From: Phoronis australis
Lineage: Eukaryota > Animalia > Phoronida
Assembly (NCBI GenBank): GCA_002633005.1
Contig: NMRA01000586.1
Span: 180,212-244,211, forward strand
DNA: 64,000 nucleotides
Direction of reading: 5' to 3'
Shown: positions 12,901 to 24,800 of the stretch, piece after piece
How the letters are laid out: every line of letters begins with the position of its first letter
How positions within the stretch are numbered: position 1 is the stretch's first letter
Translations under genes and position numbers: made by a program
The notes under the pieces: generated by a model
Databases searched by the model: none
Told to the model about the DNA's origin: nothing
The model's input: the letters and a program-made list of their open reading frames with translations, nothing else

Positions 12901-15900
12901 CCGTTGATTTAGACTATTTACCACTGACTTCGGCGCGTGAACAATGAAAAATTCTTCTTGACTGAGATGGAGGCTGCGTAGCATCATGTAAACACACCCC
13001 TTTGTGGTTTGTATTGGCTGGTGTCAAGTAAATGACTTAGCGACGGGAATCGTTTGTGATCTGAGTAAGGAAATGGTTAAGACATCAAGCCCAAAAGTTC
13101 CCCTCTAACGCTTATATATACCTTGAACGTTAGAATCCCTGTTTTATCTCACAGACCCTCGGATTCGGAGTCTTTCTTTTACGGCGAAAATCCTCTGACA
13201 CTTCACAGTCTTGCATTTGCAGTGTTTACAACCTCGATGTGTAGAAAAGAATAGTTTATTAAGTGTAGGGGTGATTACAGTGTTGAGCACAGAAAATTTT
13301 TCATGCAAGTCCTGCGTTCACAACCCGACACCCTTATTTCTTTGGCTAGTCCAATTCCAAGACTGGGTGGGAATTCTGTCCCAAGCTCAAAATGTTGGTT
13401 TTTGCTACTTGAGGTGAATTTGGCAATGGCCAAAGTTGTTAGTGACCAGAGGAGGTTTTCCCCCTAACCAGAAGAAATTGTCAGATGACTCGGACACCAT
13501 TACCCTCATGAGTTAGAACGCCTTATTTTAGATTGTTATGTCATTTTTAACGCATACTTTGTTGATGAAGTGAAAGATGGCAGTAATCAGTGCTGAAGAT
13601 ATAAACAGAATTTTGGTAATACCAACTAACACATTGTCCCCTTTTAGTGATTGGAAAGCATTTTGTAATACACTGTTATTTCTGTTTGCAGTTGGGTAGG
13701 TTGTCGTCATCGATAAGTGAGGGCGCTAGTCGCAGTTTCCACCAAATCTGCATGTTGGACTCTATCCTGGCCAAGGCGCAGGTGTCATTGGATGAAGCAT
13801 TCACTCAGGCCATGGTGTGTGCAGGAATATTAATGTATCATTGCTTTGGCGACTTGTCACACATGTTCACAGTAGTTTTCAGTTGTCCATTGGAGCATAC
13901 TGCAGAGTTGAATGAAGTACTGGACCTGTTGTGTCATGTCTAGAATCAATGAATTAACAATTGAGCACGAGTGCCATGCAGTATACTGTTAGCTGCCTGT
14001 TTAGCCTATTGAAATCAGCGAGATGTGGATATAGTATTATTAAGTGCAGTTCAGTACTTGCTTTAATTTTTACATGTCTGATAACTGTTTCATTAACATT
14101 AGTGCTTGCATCTAATTATGTAACAATGAATGCTGTTCAGTATACGTTTTAGTACGTAGCAGTGTCATTTTGTGAGATATAAATTATTTATAGTGCATAA
14201 CTGTGTTTGTATTGTTTTTCCTTTAATTTCATTAATAGTTGTGGAGTGTTGCACTTGTGTGATATCAAGTCATTGTCAACCATACTATTGGTGTAATCAA
14301 GATCTTCTAGGGAGTCAACTGTAATCTTGTGATCAATGTTATTAAATGCTTTTGCCAGGTCCAGACAGACCCACTGAAAGAGATGGGTATGACAGTGGAG
14401 CTGCTGCCTCCTATCGTGGTTTTGATACAGGCGCATGCCGACTTCATCAGGTAGGTGGCACTGCTCACTGTGGGTTGTTGTTTACTGTTTCCAGTGAAGT
14501 AAGACTGCCTAGTCATGGTCTAACGGTGAAGCCAACGTGACATTGTCATTTTCATGATTAAAGGGTCATTTAACAGCGCCATCTTTAGTCGCAAAGAAAC
14601 TTTTTACTTAGGTCACTTGGTGTTAAAAAACCAGTCTCATCTTGTTCCTCTCTCAGATGAGAAATGGGCTCTAGCCTTGAAAATAGGTCATAGTGAATTA
14701 GCTTCAGTTGGAATTCCAAGTGAGTTTGTTTGTTTTATTGCTTGTATTGTAGAAGTGTCATAAAACAACATTGCACAGAAATTTGATTATTTTTCACATT
14801 TTGGTTGCCTAATGTATTGACCAATCAAAAATGTTTGCTGTTTTGTTCAAAATTTTTGAAGACGTACACTATAGTCTTAACCCTGCACTCTTGTGATGTT
14901 CAGGTCGTCCCTACTCAGTCAGATCACCGAGACCCCTGATGCCCCCTGTGCTAGCAGTCCCCAGTCCCTTGCAGCCTACCGCGCTGTCCTCAGCGTAGGC
15001 TCCTCACGGCCCTCTAAAACATCGACATTTGGCCAGGCCGTTGTTGGCTGGCTCCCTCTTCAGGTGAAGAACAATGTGGAAAAATGGAGCCTCTTTGCAG
15101 CCAACGAGTTCCCGGCTGTTGGTGCTTGGGTAAGTTTTAAAGAAATTACGTCAACTCTCGGACTGTTAGTTTCAGCACTAGTCTTAGATTCTGGTTGGTT
15201 ATAAATCAAATGATATGGTGTCACACTGTTGGTCATAAATGTTCGGTGAATGATTCAAGCCACAGGTTTCACTCAGTATTTTATAAATTTTAGATATTTT
15301 TGGTTAAATATCTGTGCATCTTTCAGCGTAACGCCTTTGCCAATGACATCATCCCATCGGAGAGCTACATGGACGCCATCTATCAGGCTCACTTAGCCAC
15401 ACTGTCCAGCCAGACACCATTCAATCTCAACTCGTCACTGAAGCACATCCTACAGGCATTGACCCGCTTTTGTGGTGACCTCATCATGTAAGTGGGTCGT
15501 GACCTCATGACATTTGTGTTTATCTCACTGTTCCCTGAATAGTCTGAATAAATTGCTATGTAGATGTTTCACAATAGATCAGCGGATTGTCTATTGTCTA
15601 CAGAGCATATACATTCAACTTTTTTAAGGCGAATCTATTTGCTCATGTATTATTAGACAAAAGACTGCTGTTGTGAGCTAAGTGGTGAAAGTATGTTGGT
15701 GATAATTTCTAACTAGCTTGACATCGCTTCTTTCCACACGAGAACTAGCGTTATCAAGAACAACTTGCTGTACCTCAGTGATGTGCTCTTAGTTGTCAGT
15801 CCTATGTCAAGTGGCACCAGTTTGACTCGTATCCACACAATCACTTTATTGTGTGATTGTTGTGTTCCTGGCGTAACGTGTATCTAAGTAAATGCCCGTT

Positions 15901-18900
15901 ACCATAGTTACAGCAAAAACACTGGTTAGGTTTGTATATTTCCAATTGATGTTGCCATTTGATAGAAGGACTAGTTTGTCCGTTTCTCAACAGGTGGTGT
16001 CCCAATCTGAACGAGGCAAAGCAGGTGTCGGGCACACTGTTTCCCCTGGTTTTCGATGCCACCACGGAGAACGTGGGCGAACACATGATCTCGGCACTAG
16101 AGCGAGTCATCGGCGCGCAGGACTCAGATGAGTTCGTGTCACAGACGTATGAATTTATGACCAACAAATGCTATGAGCTGATAGTGCAACACTCCGACCA
16201 GGGGAGGTAATTACTAAATGCAGCTTCAGTTGAGTGTAGGTTATATGTTACACTCATTAATCGAAAAATAAACTGCTTAATTGAAAAATATTCTTGTCAG
16301 GAATTATTTTAGAAAGTACATGAAAGGGTGCATCACTAGGCGTGTCTTGAATACAACTTTTCTCGTTCGTGGAGGTTGAAAATGCAATTAGTTTATGAAA
16401 GGTTACCCTGTTGAACATTTCTGAGGTGAGGTGAACAAAAAGGAACAACACATTGCAAGAAATTTTGTCAAATTTTGCTGTCTACTTAACCACTCATTGT
16501 GAAAGAGAAAGGCTTTACCAGTCAGAATGATGCATGTCATGGTGATGCTGCAAACTAGTGATTAGCGTGGCAGCAACGTCTAACACTGTCCAGCAGTGTC
16601 CAACACTGTCCAGCAGTGTCCAAAACTGTCCAGCAGTGTCCAACACTGTCCAGCAGTGTCCAACAGTGTCCAGCACTGTCCAGCAGTGTCCAGCCGTCAC
16701 ACGAGTGCTCAGTGACACGCTGCCATGTGGGTATTTCGGATTTGCAGACATTGTGGTGTGTCAGGATACAGCTGTTGAATATGTTACAGAATCTGACATT
16801 CAAGCATATATTGAAATTTGTTTTTTGTTGACATGTCATACATACCATCAGTTAAACTGAAAAGTCAGTTTGAGACAAAGTTACAATCCATTACCCTGTT
16901 CATTCCATCCTTGTGGCCATAAGTCCTCTCTACCATTACAGCGGTCTTGATGAGCATGTGTTTTTTGAGTGTTTCCGTTTCCTGGAGAGTACGTTGGAGA
17001 GTGGCGTGGGTAAACAAGTGTTGAAGAAGGTGTTCTCCACGTCTGCAGGTTAGTACCAGTCACACTCTTGTGTGAGCTTACTGGCTGACCGTGGTGCAGG
17101 GGTCCTGCTTGTCCTATGGAAGAAAGGGCAATCGGTATCAGCACAGTCTGCAAATGGGCTGAAAATTTTGGTAACATAGTTTAGTTACTGTTGGGGAGGT
17201 TTTATGCAACCAGGCACTGGGGAGTGTAATTGAAACTCGTGAAAATGTTTGCGGTATCTTGGCTTGGTGCCAGTGTTTCCACACATATCTGAAAGTAGGA
17301 AGTTGTTAAATTAATGAGCCTCTAACTACGACCGTTGTCTTCAGATTTGCTCTATTCGTTGTCATGTCCTCTGTCACTTTCAGACCTGGTCAAAGTGGTA
17401 CTCACCGCCAGTCAACAACACCTGTCCGCACTGTTTTGTACCAAGGTGCTCAAGTTCTTCAACAAGCTGTTTCAACTGGGTCAGTGTGTTTAAATAGGTC
17501 AACATAGGCCTGCATTGGAAGTAGTGGTCATGGTGGGATTTTTAGCTTTAAGCAGGGGACGAATCCAGGAGTTTTTAAAATGTTGTCGAGTCAAAAATCA
17601 AATTCTACAGACTTTGTTTTTTCAGAATATTTGTACTTTTCTTAAATCTAACTTAATCTACTGGTTTGTTGATATCAGACTATAGACTAGTCGATATGGT
17701 CCTGTAAAACTTAAAGTAGATGTCTTGTGATCAGTGCTTGTGTTAATCACGCTATGTTGTTAATAGTAATAGAGAGTCTTTTATTACTACATATATAACT
17801 ATAAGAATGAATGTTTGACATGTGCATTACACAATGGTGTTAACATCCTACTAAATACCTTTTGTGCAGCTGAGAAGCACCCCAATGACGAATCATACCG
17901 CACACTTTGTTCATCCTTGACTCGGTTGGCCAGTGTCGACCAGTTAGAACTGCAGGCTTGGCTCAGTCGCATGATCATGACGCCGGCCTCGCTGGAAGAG
18001 GATGGAGGTCATGTGAGTCAGGAGAACCGGGCGCTGCTCCAGGGACTTACCTCATATATCGTCAAGGAGAACAGGTGAGTCATACTCGTGCATTGACTGT
18101 GTGATCTTTCTGTCAGTGTTCTATGTCACAACGTGGTTGTTCACCTTACCATAAACGGATTGGACAAACCAATGAATAGTTTGTGTAAAGGAGATGATAT
18201 GTACTTGTCTAAAGCTGTTGCTTGCCACTGGTAACCAGTGCTAAGATTCTGCACATTAGGTATTCGCTTCTTGGTATTTATAATCAAAGATTGTTCAACG
18301 TTAACATGACGTCTCAGTTTTCTGTTCTGAAAAGAGTGTACTGTCTCCAAAGAATATGTGGAACATTTACTAGCTTTGTTTGTTTGCAGTTATGTAGGCG
18401 AGGAGGTGGCCACGGCCATCTTGAAGTCCCTCATCCCCATGGGCTCTCAGCTGCTGTCTGCAACCAATGAGGGGACTGGGTTTGCAGAACTTATGGTTGT
18501 CATGGCGACCCTGGCAGGGGCGGGGTCTGGTGTAGGACATGCCTCCTTGTTCCAGGCTGCTGCTGGTTGGCTGAGTCTATGGTATGGTTCATCTTCTTAA
18601 CTGACTCATATTTCCCTTAATCGTTTCGCAATATTTGTTCGATATATTCTTGAACTCACACTCAGCTCGATTGTTTATCTAGTTTTCTCTTCTCGATACT
18701 TTTTTCACTACACAGTGACTTTATTGATACACTTTTCACTGGTCAAAGCTAGAAGGCAGAATTGACATTATGTCTCCTATCACAACTTGACCACTGGCTA
18801 TTCTGTGACTAACCACTACCAATTGTTATGAATCTCGATCAACTGAATTGCCTAGTTTGTAGTTGAAGTTATTAGTTGGAAAGTGTCTTTAATTGACGGT

Positions 18901-21884
18901 GTTTGGTCTCCTTATCTTCAGCAAAGCTTATCTATCACAACAAGATGTTATCAACAAGCTGAAGGTGGACACCAAAGATGAACAGGTATGTAGAGTTGAA
19001 ACTGAAATGAAATTGGTTACGCTCTTTTGTGTGTTCTTGCGAACTAGTGCTCTTGACTACTTGAAGATTTATTTGCATGCTCCTAACTACGCTTATTTGT
19101 AGCAAGAACCAAACGACGATGCTATTTTAACATGATCTACACTAAACAAAGTGCAGTTGTATTCATTGACAACTTGTAAATATGAAAACAAAATACTGCA
19201 AATAGGTGACCTATACATTATGTACCTTGAGGGCTCACATGGCCCTCGTCATGCAGTGTTATTCCCCAGCACCAAGTCACGATACTTACTGGACACGTTT
19301 GAGTGATATACAGCGGATCGTTTTCAACCTAAAATTCGTTCTTGCATTTGGCAATTTTCAACCTACTTCATATTCACATTGTTGCTTCATGTTGTCTTGC
19401 TTACTAATTTGACCAAGTAATCGCAGAGATAAGGACTTAACCTGCAAGTTCCACTAAAAGTTGGTAATATATTTTTGACCAGTGATATGATATATCATGG
19501 TTAAAATATTGGATGCTTACTAGTTGGGTGATGTGTTATGAAAAAAAAAATTTAACTGCATGCTGCGAGAAGTATGCAACTGAACTGAGACAACTGTGAG
19601 ACGGGGCTCCATGTTTCTGATAGACTGCATTTCATCAAACTGTTGCCCAACTAGCACCTCTTTGTGATTGGTTGGCTGGAGATGTTTTGGCCCCGCATCC
19701 TCACTCCTACCTCAGCTCCTTGTATTGACAATATGTCAATCATGCTGTATTGTTTACAGTGTCAGCCTATGTTGGAGTCGACATGTTACCTACTGTCCTA
19801 TGTAGGAGATATCCTGAGGGCGCTCAAGAAGTCTTCAGAAAGGTATGTGCTGTTAATAGTGGAGGTGTGCTCTGTCAAGTAAATTTCTCGCAAGTTTGGC
19901 GAGTGTTTTGTGAGCAAGCTTGCAACCTTGCTGATGTATTCCTGCAAAATGGCTGCCGCCGAAGTAATTGGTCGGCGAGGTTGGACTGTTAAGTTGCTGG
20001 ATAAAAGTAATAGTATGTGTGTCGATAGACCAGGATTCTTACTGTGTGTTGTAAATGACTGGCATTGTGGGGTATTCGTTGGCATGTTTGTTAGGAAAGT
20101 CTGTCGACTCTCAAGGTCGACTCTCAAGGTCGCCTAGAAGTTGTACAAATGGCTGACTTTAATTTTGTGTTAATTGTGACACAAGTGTAATCATTCTTCA
20201 GTTTATCGTTACGTTAAGACCATTCATCTATTCAAAAGTCCGAGTGTATGCAGGTGTCTTAAACTGATTGATGTTCTGTTGACGAATGTCAGTTTTGTGA
20301 TACAACTGTCAAATGTCCTTTGATTGATGATTTCGCCCGAGACATTACTCACAAACAGTTCAAAAAAAGTTCACAAAACTTTTTTGTTTAAAGTGAAGAA
20401 ATTTGGAGTTTTCAGTTAATTTTCATTGTTTTTGTCATTTCCCTCGGGATTTTTACCATGACGAGGGTTTCGATGAAATTTTTGCGAATTTCCACAAAAT
20501 TTGTCATTTCTGAAAACTGATTTTTGTTCATGACAATTAATTGTACTCAATAGCTTTACGTTTTGGCTTGCTGTGGCGAAATTTCGCCTCTAGGTGCTGC
20601 TGTGTTTTGTTGAATCTACTGTCATACTGTTTACTATATGGTTGTGTTTTACCCATAATGCTGTTGTCTTGCAGGCCAGGCGCCACGTCTCCTCCTTATG
20701 AGACTGAGATATCTACTGTGGTAAGTTGACTGACTTGAAGTGATGAAACTGTGGCTGACACAAACTGCTAACAGACATATTTTGCTGAGAATTCAGTATC
20801 CCCTATATATACCAGTAAAGCAGGATGTTGTATGTTATTGGCCCATTTGATTTTGCTTCAAATTTCGTACGACTTGTGAGCTTACTGGTAAATCAGTGTG
20901 AGTCATTTCTGACAAATGATCGAGTGTAATGGTTTGAATGAATCACACGGTGTATCAGTGTACTCTGCACTGAGGTGAACCATGACTGTTTGCATTCAGT
21001 AAAGCCACTCTCTTGTCACTGAGGTGAACCATGACTGGTTGCATTCAGTAAAGCCACTCTCTAGTCACTGAGGTGACCCATGACTGGTTGCATTCAGTAA
21101 AGCCACTCTCTTGTCACTGCATCAATTTCTGTATCTTGTGCATAGACATTTCACCATGTTTAGCTGGTTAAAAAGTAAAATTGGAACTGGGCATTTTACT
21201 CTTATGAAGAACTTTTCTTTAACAATCCTTACCGTGATAGGATTCTTTTTCGCTTGCCAACAGCAACATTGAGGCCAACAGCAACATTGAGGTCATCAGC
21301 AACACAGTGAGGAGGCAGTGTTACCTAAACAAATCAGTGTTCATCTCCTGTACTCGAGGTCATGGGTTCCAGTCCCGCTAACACACCCTGCTAGACCCTT
21401 GAGTTAGGTTTCTGGCTCTTCATCTCGGTTTTAACTATATTGTTAATAAAGCACGAATTTCAAAATTGTTCCAGTTGATCAATGCAATGGGTCCACATGA
21501 ATGATCCTCCTGCAATTTTTTTTTTCGCTGCAACTCCAGAAAGCTTCAGTCTTAATTAGGGTTAGCCTACCCTAACTTTGCAAATTCAAAAACGGTGCAT
21601 GCATTGCCTGTGAATTGAGTTGGCGAAGAACATAAAATATCATAATGTTAAGCAAAATGAGACGAGATCCACCTTAATGGAGGGAAATGCAACTTTAACA
21701 AGACAGTGGTCATCTGTCTCAAGTGCATACTGCAATTGTTCATGACTATTAGAGCTTGTCAATAGGTGTTACGGTATAATGAGTGAGGTCGTATGTTGAC
21801 TTTCTCTATTTCCTTCAGGATCATGACAGTGATTGGGCTGATGACGTCGCTCCCGAGGAAGAAGATTCTGCTGCAGAGGATTCC
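733..21884 (+). CDS. UBR4: UBR4 exons 1-28 of this window: N-terminal helical region upstream of the UBR box
   Basis: The spliced frame is continuous: ...[19 protein letters not shown]..., [66 protein letters not shown]. These resemble metazoan UBR4 as recalled; all junctions are GT-AG. Confidence 0.9.
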
Positions 21885-24800
21885 GTAAGTTCAACATGGC
21901 CGAGACACGTGAATCCTTGTAGAGTTGTCACTCAGTAATACGGTAAAATCTCATCAATTTAGGACACAATATGGCCGACAGGAGACATTTTGTTTTCTCA
22001 TTTTTCCCTGAAGGATGTGTAGCACCAGGTTGAAGCCTTAGTGATGGATGGCTGCCACAGCTGTAACTATGACTATGTAAGAATAATTAGTCTTCACACT
22101 TGCCATGTGTGGGTCAGATCACGTCACCTATACTTAAGTCTCAAAAAAAGTTTGCCCTGAGTGTGGTTCAAATGCGTTNNNNNNNNNNNNNNNNNNNNNN
22201 NNNNNNNNNNNNNNNNNNNNNNNNNNNNNNNNNNNNNNNNNNNNNNNNNNNNNNNNNNNNNNNNNNNNNNNNNNNNNNNNNNNNNNNNNNNNNNNNNNNN
22301 NNNNNNNNNNNNNNNNNNNNNNNNNNNNNNNNNNNNNNNNNNNNNNNNNNNNNNNNNNNNNNNNNNNNNNNNNNNNNNNNNNNNNNNNNNNNNNNNNNNN
22401 NNNNNNNNNNNNNNNNNNNNNNNNNNNNNNNNNNNNNNNNNNNNNNNNNNNNNNNNNNNNNNNNNNNNNNNNNNNNNNNNNNNNNNNNNNNNNNNNNNNN
22501 NNNNNNNNNNNNNNNNNNNNNNNNNNNNNNNNNNNNNNNNNNNNNNNNNNNNNNNNNNNNNNNNNNNNNNNNNNNNNNNNNNNNNNNNNNNNNNNNNNNN
22601 NNNNNNNNNNNNNNNNNNNNNNNNNNNNNNNNNNNNNNNNNNNNNNNNNNNNAGATTGTTCAACGTTAACATGACGTCTCAGTTTTCTGTTCTGAAAAGA
22701 GTGTACTGTCTACAAAGAATATGTGGAACATTTACTAGCTTTGTTTGTTTGCAGTTATGTAGGCGAGGAGGTGGCCACGGCCATCTTGAAGTCCCTCATC
22801 CCCATGGGCTCTCAGCTGCTGTCTGCAACCAATGAGGGGACTGGGTTTGCAGAACTTATGGTTGTCATGGCGACCCTGGCAGGGGCGGGGTCTGGTGTAG
22901 GACATGCCTCCTTGTTCCAGGCTGCTGCTGGTTGGCTGAGTCTATGGTATGGTTCATCTTCTTAACTGACTCATATTTCCCTTAATCGTTTCGCAATATT
23001 TGTTCGATATATTCATGAACTCACACTCAGCTCGATTGTTTATGTAGTTTTCTCTTCTCGATACTTTTTTCACTACACAGTGACTTTATTGATACACCTT
23101 TCACTGGTCAAAGCTAGAAGGCAGAATTGACATTATGTCTCCTATCACAACTTGACCACTGGCTATTCTGTGACTAACCACTACCAAATGTATTTTGTTA
23201 TCAATCTCGATCAACTGAATTGCCTAGTTTGTAGTTGAAGTTATTAGTTGGAAAGTGTCTTTAATTGTGTTTGGTCTCCTTATCTTCAGCAAAGCTTATC
23301 TATCACAACAAGATGTTATCAACAAGCTGAAGGTGGACACCAAAGATGAACAGGTATGTAGAGTTGAAACTGAAATGAAATTGGTTACGCTCTTTTGCGT
23401 GTTCTTGCGAACTAGTGCTCTTGACTACTTGAAGATTTATTTGCATGCTCCTAACTACGCTTATTTGTAGCAAGAACCAAACGACGGTGCTATTTCAACA
23501 TGATCTACGCTAAACAAAGTGCAGTAATTGTTGTATGCATTGACAGCTTGTAAATATGAAAACAAAAAATTCTGCAAATAGGTGACCTATACATTATGTA
23601 CCTTTAGGGCTCACATGGCCCTCGTCATGCTGTGTTATTCCGCAGCACCAAGTCACGATACTTACTGGACACGTTTGAGTGATATACAGCGGATCGTTTT
23701 CAACCTAAAATTCGTTCTTGCATTTGGCAATTTTCAACCTACTTCATATTCACATTGTTGCTTCATGTTGTGTTGCTTACTAATTTGACGAAGCAATCGC
23801 AGAGATAAGGACTTAACCTGCAAGTTCCACTAAAAGTTGGTAGTATATTTTTGACCAGTGATATCATATATCACGGTTAGAATTATATTTGATGCTCACT
23901 AGTTAGGTGATGTGTTATGAAAAAAAAAATTTTAACTGCATGCTGCGAGAACTATGCAACTGAGCTGAGAAAACTGTGAGACGGGGTTCCGTGTTTCTAA
24001 TAGACTACATTTCATCAAACTGTTGCCCAACTAGCACCTTTTTGTGATTTTCCAACTTGCCATATAGATTGGTTGGCTGGAGATATTTTGACTCCGCCCC
24101 CTCACCCCTACCTCAGCTCCTTGTATTGACAAACCAACATACAAAATTATGTCAATCATGCTGTATTGTTTACAGTGTCAGCCTATGTTGGAGTCGACAT
24201 GCTACCTACTGTCCTATGTAGGAGATATCCTGAGGGCGCTCAAGAAGTCTTCAGAAAGGTATGTGCTGTTAATAGTGGAGGTGTGCTCTGTCAAGCAAAT
24301 TTCTCGCAAGTTTGGCGAGTGTTTTGTGAGCAAGCTTGTAACCTTGCTGATGTATTCCTGCAAAATGGCTGCCGCCGAAGTAATTGGTCGGCGAGGTTGT
24401 ACTGTTAAGTTGCTGGATAAAAGTAATAGTATGTGTGTCATTAAACCAGGTTTCTTACTGTGTGTTGTAAATGACTGGAATTGAGGAGTGTGGCATTTGT
24501 TGGCATGTTTGTTAGGAAAGTCTGTCGACTCTCAAGGTCGCCTAGAAGTTGTACAAATGGCTGACTGTAATTTTGTGTTAATTTGTGACACAAGTGTCAT
24601 CATTCTTCAGTTTATTGTTACGTTAAGACCATTCATCTATTCAAAAGTCCGAGTGTATACAGGTGTCTTAAACTGATGGATGTTCTGTTGACGAATGTCA
24701 GTTTTGTGATACAACTGTCAAATGTCCTTTGGTTTAGGATTTCGCCTGAGACATTACTCACAAACAGTTCAAAAAAAGTTCACAAGAACTTTTTGTCTAA

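Noticed and set aside
16515-16860. Overlapping repetitive ORFs on both strands
   Set aside because: Products of a 10/20-bp minisatellite; UBR4 exons 15994-16206 and 16942-17048 join in frame without them.
17335-17392. Possible decoy acceptor cttcAG|atttgctc (17344), 39 nt upstream of the real site
   Set aside because: Similarity to tttcAG|acctggtc is too short to distinguish from chance.
20738-20792. Possible C/D-box snoRNA (GTGATGA ... CTGA)
   Set aside because: Too short, no terminal stem and no recognisable guide; the motifs are expected by chance.
22100-22835. Long ORFs of 182-224 aa
   Set aside because: They run through the N gap and are artefacts.
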